From Minisyncoccia bacterium (GTDB lineage Bacteria; Patescibacteriota; Minisyncoccia; Phycocordibacterales; UBA9973), in NCBI GenBank assembly GCA_049287045.1, contig JBAQFC010000011.1:23058-87057 (forward strand): a DNA stretch of 64,000 bases. The letters run 5' to 3'. Positions 1 to 8,915 of the stretch are shown here, one piece after another. Each line of letters begins with the position of its first letter. Position 1 is the stretch's first letter. Both the position numbers and the translations under genes were made by a program. The notes below the pieces were generated by a model. It ran no database searches. It was not told where the DNA came from and saw only the letters and a list, made by a program, of their open reading frames with translations.

Positions 1-111
1 GTCAGAATTCTCTAAATCTACTTCCACAATGGAAACATTTTACCGAAACGAGATACTACCATTGTTTAACGAGTTAGGTATAAAGGTTAAAAAGTAATAT
101 AAACAAATAAA

Positions 112-150
112 AGTCCCCACCAATGGCGGGGACTTTTTATTTTTATTTAA
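112..150. terminator. Bidirectional intrinsic terminator downstream of rplE
   Basis: Hairpin agtcccc-accaatggc-ggggact flanked by T-runs on both strands. Ends the ribosomal block after L5. Confidence 0.6.
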
Positions 151-159
151 ATTATTTTC

Positions 160-738
160 TTACTCTCTTGCTCTCTTTTTCTTTACGTCGTCTTCTTTCT
201 TGAAAGGAATACCTAGGAGTTCAAAGAATGCGAATCCTTCAGGTTTTGTTTTAGCACTTGAAACCAAAGTAATAGCTAGACCGAAAACATCTTTGATATC
301 TTCATCCGCTGTTTCAGGAAAAATAGTATGCTCTTTGATACCGATAGTAAGATTACCAATACTATCTACTGCTCTGCGGTTGATACCACGGAAGTCTTTT
401 GTACGAGGAAGAGCAACATTGATAAGTTTTTCAAGAAAAGCATACATTCTCTTTCCACGAAGAGTTACCATAACTCCTACAGGATCACCTTGTCTTATTT
501 TAAAAGAAGCGATTGATTGTTTTGCACCTCTTTGAGATGGCTTCTGTCCTGTAATCTTTGCTAGACGTTCTGAGATAGCTTCATTTTTATTTTTATCTTT
601 CTTTACAGCAGTTCCAGTACCCACGTTAAGAACTATCTTCTTCAACTTAGGAGAAGCCATAACATTCTTATAGTGGAAAGCGCCTTTCATTTTTTCAAAT
701 GCCTGTGCTTCTTTTTCTTTTACGGTTAAGTGTTTCAT
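160..738 (-). CDS. rplE: 50S ribosomal protein L5
   Basis: 192 aa product with the typical L5 sequence (…TLRGKRMYAFLEKLINVALPRTKDFRG…). Confidence 0.9.
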   Translation of the reverse strand: MKHLTVKEKEAQAFEKMKGAFHYKNVMASPKLKKIVLNVGTGTAVKKDKNKNEAISERLAKITGQKPSQRGAKQSIASFKIRQGDPVGVMVTLRGKRMYAFLEKLINVALPRTKDFRGINRRAVDSIGNLTIGIKEHTIFPETADEDIKDVFGLAITLVSSAKTKPEGFAFFELLGIPFKKEDDVKKKRARE

Positions 739-758
739 TTATTTCTTTTGTTTACTTA

Positions 759-1064
759 TTAAATCTCTTGACCACTCTTTTTTGAAATTCTAACTAACTT
801 TTCACCAATTTTCTTTTTACCTAAACGTGAAGGTTTTCCAGTCTTTGGATCTGCAATCATAACATTTGAAGCATGGATTGGCATTGCAATGTCGATCATC
901 TGGCCTTTTTCACCAGACTTTCTAGGACGCTGATGTTTCTTCATCATATTTGCGCCTTCTACTACAACTCTGTTTTTCTCAACCAAAACACGAGCAATTT
1001 TACCTTTCTTGCCTTTGTCTTTTCCAGTTATAATTATTACGTTGTCTCCTTTTTTTAATTTCAT
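759..1064 (-). CDS. rplX: 50S ribosomal protein L24
   Basis: 101 aa KOW-type protein (KKGDNVIIITGKDKGKKGKI) in the conserved L14-L24-L5 order. Confidence 0.9.
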   Translation of the reverse strand: MKLKKGDNVIIITGKDKGKKGKIARVLVEKNRVVVEGANMMKKHQRPRKSGEKGQMIDIAMPIHASNVMIADPKTGKPSRLGKKKIGEKLVRISKKSGQEI

Positions 1065-1079
1065 ATATTTTTATTTTTT

Positions 1080-1127
1080 GTCCCTATCCCCGGTTTAGGG
1101 GATTCCCCTAAACCGGGGATAGGGACT
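1080..1127. repeat. 47-nt perfect GC-rich palindrome between rplX and rplN (intercistronic)
   Basis: gtccctatccccggtttagggga-t-tcccctaaaccggggatagggac; the two arms are exact reverse complements. Related to the palindromes at 17699 and 39650. Confidence 0.8.
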
Positions 1128-1131
1128 TTGT

Positions 1132-1503
1132 TTAAATTACTTCTTGCGCCAAGGAAATGATTTTCTGGAATCCTTTTTCAGCAAGCTCTCTTGGAATAGG
1201 TCCGAATACACGTCCTGCTTTAGGGTCTTTCTTTCCTTTTTCTAAAATAACCACAGCATTGTCGTCAAATCTTATGTAAGAACCGTCTTTTCTTCTGAAA
1301 GCATTACGCTGTCTGACAACTACGGCCTGGCAAACATCTTTCTTTTTAACACCTTTTCTAGGACTTGCTACTTTAACAGCAATAATAACTAGATCTCCTA
1401 AGCTAGCGTATCTCTTCTTTGCACTGCCTAAAACCTTAAACACCTTTCCTACGGTGCCTCCAGCATTGTCTGTTATTTTTACTAATGTTTCTGTTTGGAT
1501 CAT
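1132..1503 (-). CDS. rplN: 50S ribosomal protein L14
   Basis: 123 aa product; its sequence is strongly L14-like. Confidence 0.92.
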   Translation of the reverse strand: MIQTETLVKITDNAGGTVGKVFKVLGSAKKRYASLGDLVIIAVKVASPRKGVKKKDVCQAVVVRQRNAFRRKDGSYIRFDDNAVVILEKGKKDPKAGRVFGPIPRELAEKGFQKIISLAQEVI

Positions 1504-1507
1504 AAAA

Positions 1508-1768
1508 TTATTTTATTACTTTAAAGTTTTTATCTTTTGAAATTGGTCGTGTTTCTTGAATTTCAACATTATCTCCTACTTTGTATTTATTTTCTTCGTC
1601 ATGAGCTTTGAATTTCTTACTAACTTTTAGGAATTTTCCGTATTTTGGATGTTTAACAAAACGTGAAACAGAAACAACAACAGTCTTGTCCATCTTGTCT
1701 GAAACAACTACCCCCTTTAGGATATTGCCTTTTGACTCTATTATTTCTTTTTTATTTTTTGTTACCAT
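1508..1768 (-). CDS. rpsQ: 30S ribosomal protein S17
   Basis: 86 aa OB-fold protein located between L29 and L14. Confidence 0.9.
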   Translation of the reverse strand: MVTKNKKEIIESKGNILKGVVVSDKMDKTVVVSVSRFVKHPKYGKFLKVSKKFKAHDEENKYKVGDNVEIQETRPISKDKNFKVIK

Positions 1769-1786
1769 ATATTAATTCTATTACTG

Positions 1787-1987
1787 TTACTTTATATTTT
1801 TATTCATTTCTGTCAAGACTCGAGCAACTTCTTTTCTCAAAGTTGAAGATTCTTTGACATTCTTTACTTTTGATCCCTGTGCTTTGAATCTCAAAACTCG
1901 GATACTTTCCTGTAAGTCAACAAGCTTCTTTTTAAGATCCCCTGTTGCCATTCCCTTTATTGAATTATTTTCTGTCTTTTTTGCCAT
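1787..1987 (-). CDS. rpmC: 50S ribosomal protein L29
   Basis: 66 aa helical protein sitting in the operon between L16 and S17. Confidence 0.85.
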   Translation of the reverse strand: MAKKTENNSIKGMATGDLKKKLVDLQESIRVLRFKAQGSKVKNVKESSTLRKEVARVLTEMNKNIK

Positions 1988-1991
1988 ATAA

Positions 1992-2420
1992 TTATTGTTT
2001 ATGAACTCTTGAGATGATTCTAGTCTTAACTGGAAGTTTTGTACCAGCTTTTCTTAGGCACTCACGAGCAATTACTTCGTCTACACCGTCAACCTCGAAA
2101 ATAACACGTCCAGGGAAAACTTCGAAACAATATCCTTGTGGATCTCCTTTTCCCTTTCCCATGCCCACCTCTGCCGCCTTAGCTGTATATGGTCTGTCGG
2201 GGAAAATACGAATCCAATACTTACCAGCCTTTGTTAGAGTACGAGTCATTGCTTTACGAGCAGACTCGATCTGGTTTGATTTGACACGCGCTTGTGTTTC
2301 AGCCTTAAGACCAAATGAACCGAAAGCAAGTTTTGTACCTCTTGTTTCTGGTGTCATGGCCTTTGGGTTGATACGCATAGTGTGCCACTTTCTGAATTTT
2401 ACTTTTTTGGGTAGTAACAT
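1992..2420 (-). CDS. rplP: 50S ribosomal protein L16
   Basis: 142 aa product with the L16 signature (LPKKVKFRK…GKGKG). Confidence 0.92.
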   Translation of the reverse strand: MLLPKKVKFRKWHTMRINPKAMTPETRGTKLAFGSFGLKAETQARVKSNQIESARKAMTRTLTKAGKYWIRIFPDRPYTAKAAEVGMGKGKGDPQGYCFEVFPGRVIFEVDGVDEVIARECLRKAGTKLPVKTRIISRVHKQ

Positions 2421-2429
2421 ATATTTATA

Positions 2430-3116
2430 TTAGTTTAAGGTTTTTTCTTCTCCTTTTTTCTTTTGGGAAAAGATTTTACCACGATAAATCCAGACCTTTA
2501 TACCGACATCACCGTATGGTAAATGCGCCTTTTCACGCTTGAAATCAATGTCCGCGCGGAAAGTCTGAAGAGGAATAGAACCTCTCTTAAGCTCTTCCGT
2601 ACGAGCAATTTCAGCACCACCAAGTCTTCCTGAAAGAACAACTCTTGCTCCTTCTACTCCACGAGTAGTCATACATTTTTCAATAACTTGCTTGATAACT
2701 CGGCGATATGGCATTCTTTTTTCTAAACCTTCAGCAACCATATATGCAACGATAGCAGCATCAGCTTCTGGGTTTGAAACTTCAACGATTTCAAGCTTGA
2801 AATCTTCTGACTTTGTTAGGCCTAACTTTTGCATCTTTTTCAAGATGTCAGCTTTTAATTTTGTTGCGCCTTCACCAGTGCGTCCGATGATCATTCCAGG
2901 GCGAGAAGTATTGATGATAAAACGAGTAGTCTTTTGGTTTCTCTCGATTTCAATAGTGGAAACATAGTTACCACGTAGTTTCTTTTCTAGAAACTCGCGA
3001 ATAAGCACATCACCTTTCAAGTAATCAACGTATTTTTTAGGCTCAGCAAACCAGCGGGACTTCCAGTCTCTTAGGATTACTAATCTATGTGCATATGGGT
3101 GAACTATTTTTGACAT
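2430..3116 (-). CDS. rpsC: 30S ribosomal protein S3
   Basis: 228 aa product with a KH domain plus the S3 C-terminal domain. Confidence 0.92.
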   Translation of the reverse strand: MSKIVHPYAHRLVILRDWKSRWFAEPKKYVDYLKGDVLIREFLEKKLRGNYVSTIEIERNQKTTRFIINTSRPGMIIGRTGEGATKLKADILKKMQKLGLTKSEDFKLEIVEVSNPEADAAIVAYMVAEGLEKRMPYRRVIKQVIEKCMTTRGVEGARVVLSGRLGGAEIARTEELKRGSIPLQTFRADIDFKREKAHLPYGDVGIKVWIYRGKIFSQKKKGEEKTLN

Positions 3117-3120
3117 ATAA

Positions 3121-3552
3121 TTATTTGGTCTTCTTTACAGCTTTTGCCTTTGCGGGCTTTGCGGCTGGTTTTGTTATTTTAGCTTTTACAACCTTTGCTT
3201 CTTTTTTAATCTTTTTAACTTCTTTTGCAACCTTTTCAGCAAGTACAAGTAAAATATGACTAGTACGCTTATTGATTCTGTGTCCGGTACCCATGGCTGC
3301 TGGCATCATTCTTTTCATTACAACACCTTTGTCCACACGTATTTCTTTAACAAACAAATTTTCAACTTCTGCACCAGTTTGTTTAGCATTTGCAACAGCT
3401 GAAAGTAAAAGCTTTCTGACAGGATCACTTGCACGTTTCGCTAAAAAGTTCAACTCTGCAAGAGCTTCATTAACGTCTTTTCCTCTGATTAAGCCCGCTA
3501 CTAAGCGAACTTTTCGTGGTGACTGTCTGTAGTTTTTTAAAAATGCTTTCAT
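3121..3552 (-). CDS. rplV: 50S ribosomal protein L22 with Lys/Ala-rich C-terminal tail
   Basis: 143 aa; an L22 core followed by a KKIKKEAKVVKAKITKPAAKPAKAKAVKKTK tail. Confidence 0.88.
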   Translation of the reverse strand: MKAFLKNYRQSPRKVRLVAGLIRGKDVNEALAELNFLAKRASDPVRKLLLSAVANAKQTGAEVENLFVKEIRVDKGVVMKRMMPAAMGTGHRINKRTSHILLVLAEKVAKEVKKIKKEAKVVKAKITKPAAKPAKAKAVKKTK

Positions 3553-3562
3553 TATATTTTAA

Positions 3563-3910
3563 TTATTTCTTTTTTGAGTCAGCTGCGGCTGCTGTTGCAC
3601 CCTTTGCTGCTGTTATTTCAGCCTCTTTCTTCTTTTGTTCAAGCTCCTTCTGCATCTTTCCTCCGTGTTTAATGAATTTCTTAGTTGGGGAAAATTCTCC
3701 TAGTCTGTGTCCAACCATATCTTCAGTAACAATAACCTCAACGTGAACTTTACCGTTGTAAACACCAAAAGTAAAACCAACCATTTCTGGAGGAATCTGA
3801 CACGCTCTTTTCCATGTTTTTACCATGGGAGTTTGAAGCGGGTTTTTGCCAGCTATCTTTTTCATTAGTCTTTCGTCAACGAATATTCCTTTTTTGATTG
3901 ATCTTGTCAT
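3563..3910 (-). CDS. rpsS: 30S ribosomal protein S19 with Lys/Ala-rich C-terminal tail
   Basis: 115 aa; S19 core (…[13 protein letters not shown]…). It is the first gene of the ribosomal block; no L2/L23/L4/L3/S10 genes lie upstream. Confidence 0.9.
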   Translation of the reverse strand: MTRSIKKGIFVDERLMKKIAGKNPLQTPMVKTWKRACQIPPEMVGFTFGVYNGKVHVEVIVTEDMVGHRLGEFSPTKKFIKHGGKMQKELEQKKKEAEITAAKGATAAAADSKKK

Positions 3911-3925
3911 AAATTAAGTAAACAA

Positions 3926-3977
3926 AAGGCTCTCCATGAGCCTCGAATCATATTAGCAAATTTAAATGTAATGTCAA
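3926..3977 (-). promoter_or_regulatory. Candidate promoter (TTGACA-N16-TAATAT) plus leader hairpin with U-run upstream of rpsS
   Basis: Read on the minus strand: TTGACA at 3977-3972 and TAATAT at 3955-3950, followed by the hairpin gaggctcatggagagcc and TTTTGTTT before the rpsS ATG. Confidence 0.35.
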
Positions 3978-4017
3978 ATTATAGATTAAATACTATTACG
4001 AATAGTGTGGTCTTATA

Positions 4018-4770
4018 CTAAAAAAGAGACTTCAATGTCCACAATGCAATCAGGTCCAACTCTTCTTCTTTAGAAAAAACTTTCTTATATTTGGCACCTG
4101 ATTTACCTTTTACGCGTTTTTCGCACTCCGCCCAAGTTTTGTCAGCGAAAACTTTATCAGCAACCATTGATATATAGGAATAAGCCTGTTTACTTGAACT
4201 TGATTTCTTTGTTGATATTTTTTTTGCGACAGCGTGCTCGACATTCTCTGGCAATTCATAAACTTTTTTATATTCTTTTAAACTACCAGAAAAAAGTTTT
4301 ACTTTTTCTTCAAGACCAAAATCAGAAGCAATATCGTCACATCTTTCGTTTAAAGGATCACCGTTGTGTCCTTTTACTTTATTAAAAATGAGAGTGTTTT
4401 CAAGAGAAAGCTTTTCTTTATATAAACTCAACTCTTCCCAGTATTCTTTATTTAAAACATCCTGTTTGGCTTTAGTCTTCCAACCATTTGCTCGCCATCC
4501 TTCTATCCAGGAGGTTATTCCATTTAAAAGATAATTCGAATCTGAATATATGTTTACCTCTGCATTTTTAGGTTTTATTTTTGTAGCGACATATTTAATG
4601 CCTTCAATCATAGCCTGTAGCTCCATTTGGTTGTTGGTTGCCAACTTAACTCCGCCTCCAAGTTCCATGACTTCTTTGTCATCAATAATTATTATAGTTC
4701 CCCAGCCACCCTTGCCTGGGTTACCTTTTGCTGCTCCGTCTGTATGGATTATGATTTCATTAATAGACAT
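4018..4770 (-). CDS. rnhA: Ribonuclease HI with C-terminal hybrid-binding (Cauli_VI-like) domain
   Basis: The N-terminal 150 aa carry RNase H motifs (TDGA..GNPG, NQMELQA, YSDSNYL, VKGHNGDPLNERCD). The C-terminal segment YISMVADKVFADKTWAECEKRVKGKSGAKYKKVFSKEEE fits the HBD consensus (W.EC…GA.YKKF…EEA). Confidence 0.8.
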   Translation of the reverse strand: MSINEIIIHTDGAAKGNPGKGGWGTIIIIDDKEVMELGGGVKLATNNQMELQAMIEGIKYVATKIKPKNAEVNIYSDSNYLLNGITSWIEGWRANGWKTKAKQDVLNKEYWEELSLYKEKLSLENTLIFNKVKGHNGDPLNERCDDIASDFGLEEKVKLFSGSLKEYKKVYELPENVEHAVAKKISTKKSSSSKQAYSYISMVADKVFADKTWAECEKRVKGKSGAKYKKVFSKEEELDLIALWTLKSLF

Positions 4771-4772
4771 TT

Positions 4773-6533
4773 TTATAGTATATCAGTAATTCTTAATCTT
4801 AACTCTTCCCTACCGGCAAAATGAGACAAATCAAAAGTAGCCAGTAAATTTACACTAAGCCCTACAGCCAGAGGAGCTTTAAAAGAATCAATACTTGAGA
4901 AAAAGGAAATTGCTTTAATTTTATTTTTTCCATTATTACTTGCATCAGAAAAAATTATCTCTAAATGCTCACCGGAATTATTTTTACCGAATTTTTTTAA
5001 ATTTTCGATTTTTACCCCTTCAAAGAAAAATATTGGTTTAGGGTTGGCTAGACCGAACGGTGCTAACTTTTCTAAATCTCTCCAACTCCTCATATTAACA
5101 ATACTCAGACCTGCTTTTACATCGAAAGATATCTCTGTTTCTTTTTGATCACGTTTTAATTTTCCAAAGGCTAATGATAAACTTTCTTCTAGAAAATGTA
5201 TTTTTTTGTTATCGACAGTAAAACCACCTGCCATCTCATGCCCACCGAACTCCATAAAATATTCTCTTGTCTCAGTCATCAGTTCTACAACAGAGACTGA
5301 ACCTTCCGAACGACAAGACCCTTTTATGCAGTCATTCTCATCCCTACCCCATACGAAAACTGGTCTTTTATATTCATCACATATTTTACCTGCCACTAAT
5401 CCCAAAACCCCTACTCGCCATTCTGGGTTACCAATAACTATAACCTCTCTCATTTCACGCAGTTCAAATTTTTTACCAACCTCACGCATTATGTTTGCAA
5501 CGATTAATTTTCTATCGTCATTTATTTTAGAAAGATGTTTGGCGAGCATATCAGCCTCAACTAAGTCATTTGTCGCGAGTAATTCAAAAGCTCTCAGAGG
5601 GTTATCCATACGAGAAGCAGCATTCAAACGTGGGGCAATCATAAAACCAACATCATCTTCTGTAAGGTATCTCTGGTCGATACTCATTTTTGCTAAAAGT
5701 TTAACCAACCCTGGTCTAGGAGATTTTCTTAAAACTTTTATACCAAAACTCGCAATTGCGCGATTCTCACCCAAAAGTGGCACCATATCTGAAAGAGTTG
5801 CAAGACCTGCCATATCTAATAGCCATTTTTCCCAGCCAAGAGAGAGCGGGGTTAGTAATTTTGCAGACGAGGACTGTTTGAGCGTAGCGAGTTCCGCAGG
5901 CAAAAAATTACTAACCCCGCTCTCTCCTCGATAATAACTACCGTACTTTTTTAAAAAACCCTGTACAAGTTTAAAAGCCACGCCAGCACCGCATAGCATC
6001 TGCTCGGGATATTCATCCACTTTCGGATTTAAAATAGCGTATGCGTGTGGGAGGGTCGCTTGTGGGATATGATGGTCGGTGATGATTACATCAATACCAT
6101 CTACTTTTGCTTGGGCCACCTCTTCTACTGCAGTAATACCGAGATCTACGGTTATTAAAAGATTTACTCCACTTTCAGAAAATTGTTTTATAGCTGTAAG
6201 ATTCAAACCATAACCTTCAGAATTTCTTTGAGGAATATACACTTCAAAATTTGAGTAACCAATCTTTTTAAATAAGTCTTGCAAGATAACTGCCCCAGGA
6301 ATACCGTCACAATCATAATCCGCATAGATTACAATCTTTTCTCTAGCTTCCATCGCTTCAAAGATTCGTACACATGCCTTTTCCATATCACGCATCAAAA
6401 ATGGGTCATGTAAGTCACGTTCATAACTAGGATTCAAAAAAATCTCAGCCGATGCTTCATCGGTGATTCCTCTTTTTTGCAAAAGGGTTTGTATGAGTTC
6501 TGAATACTTTTCCATATAAGCAGAGTATAGCAA
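4773..6533 (-). CDS. recJ: Single-stranded-DNA-specific exonuclease RecJ (DHH/DHHA1)
   Basis: 586 aa; DHH motifs (YADYDCDGI, ITDHH) and a DHHA1-like GGHEMAGG motif. Confidence 0.85.
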   Translation of the reverse strand: MLYSAYMEKYSELIQTLLQKRGITDEASAEIFLNPSYERDLHDPFLMRDMEKACVRIFEAMEAREKIVIYADYDCDGIPGAVILQDLFKKIGYSNFEVYIPQRNSEGYGLNLTAIKQFSESGVNLLITVDLGITAVEEVAQAKVDGIDVIITDHHIPQATLPHAYAILNPKVDEYPEQMLCGAGVAFKLVQGFLKKYGSYYRGESGVSNFLPAELATLKQSSSAKLLTPLSLGWEKWLLDMAGLATLSDMVPLLGENRAIASFGIKVLRKSPRPGLVKLLAKMSIDQRYLTEDDVGFMIAPRLNAASRMDNPLRAFELLATNDLVEADMLAKHLSKINDDRKLIVANIMREVGKKFELREMREVIVIGNPEWRVGVLGLVAGKICDEYKRPVFVWGRDENDCIKGSCRSEGSVSVVELMTETREYFMEFGGHEMAGGFTVDNKKIHFLEESLSLAFGKLKRDQKETEISFDVKAGLSIVNMRSWRDLEKLAPFGLANPKPIFFFEGVKIENLKKFGKNNSGEHLEIIFSDASNNGKNKIKAISFFSSIDSFKAPLAVGLSVNLLATFDLSHFAGREELRLRITDIL

Positions 6534-6598
6534 TTAGTTGTACAAACTTATGCTTGACAAAAAGTAAAATAAAGGTAATATCATAACGAAGGTAAATA

Positions 6599-7093
6599 GT
6601 GCCTCGAAATAAAAATAAACTAATAATAAAAAGTATGAAAAAAGTTGCTCGAATTGCAATCGGTGTTGGACCGATTATTTTAATCACCGGTGTTCAAGAT
6701 AAATTGAATACAGAAGTAGAAAACACAAAAACACCCAGAACAAAACATCAAAAAGAAAGAGAGAAAATTCTTCAAAATGTTAGAACTCATGAAATGGTGA
6801 AGGCTGTACCATTTTTAACTGAAGAAGAAATCATAAATGCTTTTGAAACAAGAAAAAGTCAGAAGCTCGACAAGAAATCACGTGTTCCTTCAATTGACGA
6901 AAAGAAGTTAAAAGAACGTATGCATGCATTATCAAATTTTCTTGATAATAACGATGTTTCGTCTTTACCTGAAGATAAAATAGCAGAAGTAAAAGAAAAG
7001 AAATTTGGTTCTGTATTTCATTCATTAGCCAAAGATACCGCTGAATGGCACACAGGAATCAGAAGGCTTGCAAAAAGATACATGCGCAACTAA
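6599..7093 (+). CDS. Hypothetical membrane-anchored protein
   Basis: 164 aa with a Lys-rich N-terminus and a transmembrane helix; followed by a terminator at 7115-7146. Confidence 0.4.
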   Translation: MPRNKNKLIIKSMKKVARIAIGVGPIILITGVQDKLNTEVENTKTPRTKHQKEREKILQNVRTHEMVKAVPFLTEEEIINAFETRKSQKLDKKSRVPSIDEKKLKERMHALSNFLDNNDVSSLPEDKIAEVKEKKFGSVFHSLAKDTAEWHTGIRRLAKRYMRN

Positions 7094-7114
7094 GTTAAAA
7101 TAAATTTTAATATC

Positions 7115-7146
7115 AACACCCCGACATAACTCGGGGTGTTTTTTAT
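7115..7146 (+). terminator. Intrinsic terminator
   Basis: Hairpin aacaccccgacataactcggggtgtt followed by TTTTTT. Confidence 0.6.
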
Positions 7147-7175
7147 TATCTAAAAATCTTTGCTATAATGGCTCT

Positions 7176-7589
7176 ATGGAAGACTGTCTTTTCTGTAAAA
7201 TAATAAAAGGAGAAATACCCAGCGCAAAAGTTTATGAAAATGAAGATATCATCGCCTTTTTAGATCTTCACCCAGTGAATATCGGTCACACTCTGATTGT
7301 TCCTAAAAATCATTATGACAACCTTTATGATACTCCCGACGAAATTCTCTGTGAGATGATGAAACTAACCAAGAAACTAAGTATTGCGATAAAAAGTTCA
7401 ATGCATGCTGACGGTATAAATATTGAAATGAATAATGAAAAATCTGCAGGTCAGATTATAATGCATGCTCACTGGCATATCGTCCCCCGTTTCGGAGATG
7501 ATGGTTTTACTCATTGGCATGGCAAACGTCCATATAACGAAGGAGAAATGAGTAAAGTAGTGGAGGAAATTATCGCTGCTCTAAAATAA
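7176..7589 (+). CDS. HIT-family (histidine triad) hydrolase
   Basis: 137 aa; contains the HAHWHIVPR histidine triad. Confidence 0.8.
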   Translation: MEDCLFCKIIKGEIPSAKVYENEDIIAFLDLHPVNIGHTLIVPKNHYDNLYDTPDEILCEMMKLTKKLSIAIKSSMHADGINIEMNNEKSAGQIIMHAHWHIVPRFGDDGFTHWHGKRPYNEGEMSKVVEEIIAALK

Positions 7590-7686
7590 CAAGAACCTAA
7601 TTTCATAATGCACGGATATTTTTCTGCTGAAAAATTCCTCGTACTCACGCCGTCGCGCTCGCAAGTCATTATGAAATTAGTTCTTG

Positions 7687-8751
7687 CTATTTTAGAGCCT
7701 TGATACCCGGCAAAGTTCCATTAGCCAAAAAATCCAAAGTGGCTCCTCCACCAGTAGAAACAAAAGTAAAATCTTTTTCCATTTTATTTTGAGAAATAAG
7801 AGCAACAGTATCGCCTCCCCCAATAATGCTTTCAGCTTTTGAGCTAGCTACTATTTTAAGAATTTTTTTAGTTGCTCCTCCACCTATCGCTTCATATTTA
7901 CCAAGGGGTCCGTTCCAAAGAACGAGTTTTGATTTTTTTATGTATGGCTCAATCATTTTGATTGATTCACTACCAATGTCTAAAATAGTTTCACTTTTTG
8001 TTACTTCACTAACTTTTTTATTTATTAGTTTGTCACCATCTTTGACTACTACATCAATAGGTAAAATTAATTTTTTATTTTTTAAGATTTTCTCAATCCC
8101 ATAGCCTGTATCATCTACAAGTGACTTGCCTACTTCATACCCTTCTGCTTTTAAAAAGTCATCCAGTAACGCGCCACCAATAAAGACGTAATCAGCTAGT
8201 TTTAAATATTTTTTAATCAAAGGCATTTTCGTAGAAAACTTTGCTCCACCTAAAATAAAAAGAAATGGGTGTTTTGGATTTTTAATGGCTTTTGATAGAT
8301 TTTTTACTTCCAGTTCTAGTTGAAAACCAGCATAAGATGGCAAATACTTAGGTAAACCAACAATCGAAGCATGTGCTCTATGTGAAACAGAAAAAGCATC
8401 ATTTACGTATATATCACCAAGAGAAGCCAGCTCTTTAGCAAAAGCTGGATCGTTCTTTTCTTCTCCTGGGGATTTTCTAATATTTTCGTAAAAAATTATT
8501 TCTGATTTCTTGAATTTAGATATCTTAAAAAATGATTTTATGACTGGCTCAAGACTATCACTACCATCTTTACCTAAATGAGTTATCAAAACTATTTTTG
8601 CACCTTTCTTATACAAGAATTCTATTGTAGGTAAAGATTTTCTTATTCTAAAATCATCCTGCACCTTTCCATCTTTAATCGGTACATTAAAATCAACTCG
8701 TACTAATACGACTTTGCCTTTAATATTTTTTATTTGTTTAATTGATTGCAT
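7687..8751 (-). CDS. pgk: Phosphoglycerate kinase
   Basis: 354 aa with PGK motifs (RVDFNVP, FILGGAKFSTK, GGGDT). Confidence 0.9.
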   Translation of the reverse strand: MQSIKQIKNIKGKVVLVRVDFNVPIKDGKVQDDFRIRKSLPTIEFLYKKGAKIVLITHLGKDGSDSLEPVIKSFFKISKFKKSEIIFYENIRKSPGEEKNDPAFAKELASLGDIYVNDAFSVSHRAHASIVGLPKYLPSYAGFQLELEVKNLSKAIKNPKHPFLFILGGAKFSTKMPLIKKYLKLADYVFIGGALLDDFLKAEGYEVGKSLVDDTGYGIEKILKNKKLILPIDVVVKDGDKLINKKVSEVTKSETILDIGSESIKMIEPYIKKSKLVLWNGPLGKYEAIGGGATKKILKIVASSKAESIIGGGDTVALISQNKMEKDFTFVSTGGGATLDFLANGTLPGIKALK

Positions 8752-8802
8752 ATATTTTATTTTCTACGAAAATTATTTTTTAAAAATTTCACACTAGCGT
8801 TG

Positions 8803-8915
8803 TATTACACGAAAAGTATTTTTTAAAAAGCATTGCACAGGCCGACGGGCCGAGCATAGCAATCCGCCAGCAGGCGGATATGTGCGGTTTTTAAAAGATA
8901 CTTTTCGTAGTAATA
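8803..8915. repeat. Extended-hairpin intergenic repeat, copy 1 of 4
   Basis: Conserved core AAAAAGCATTGCACAGGCCGACGGGCCGAGCATAGCAA…TGTGCGGTTTTTAAAAGATA. The outer stem cgaaaagtat/atacttttcg pairs, and the apical hairpin is tccgcc-agca-ggcgga. Confidence 0.8.

Noticed and set aside
29-97. 22-codon ORF at the window start
   Set aside because: It is too short, has no context, and ends at the bidirectional terminator. It is probably intergenic.
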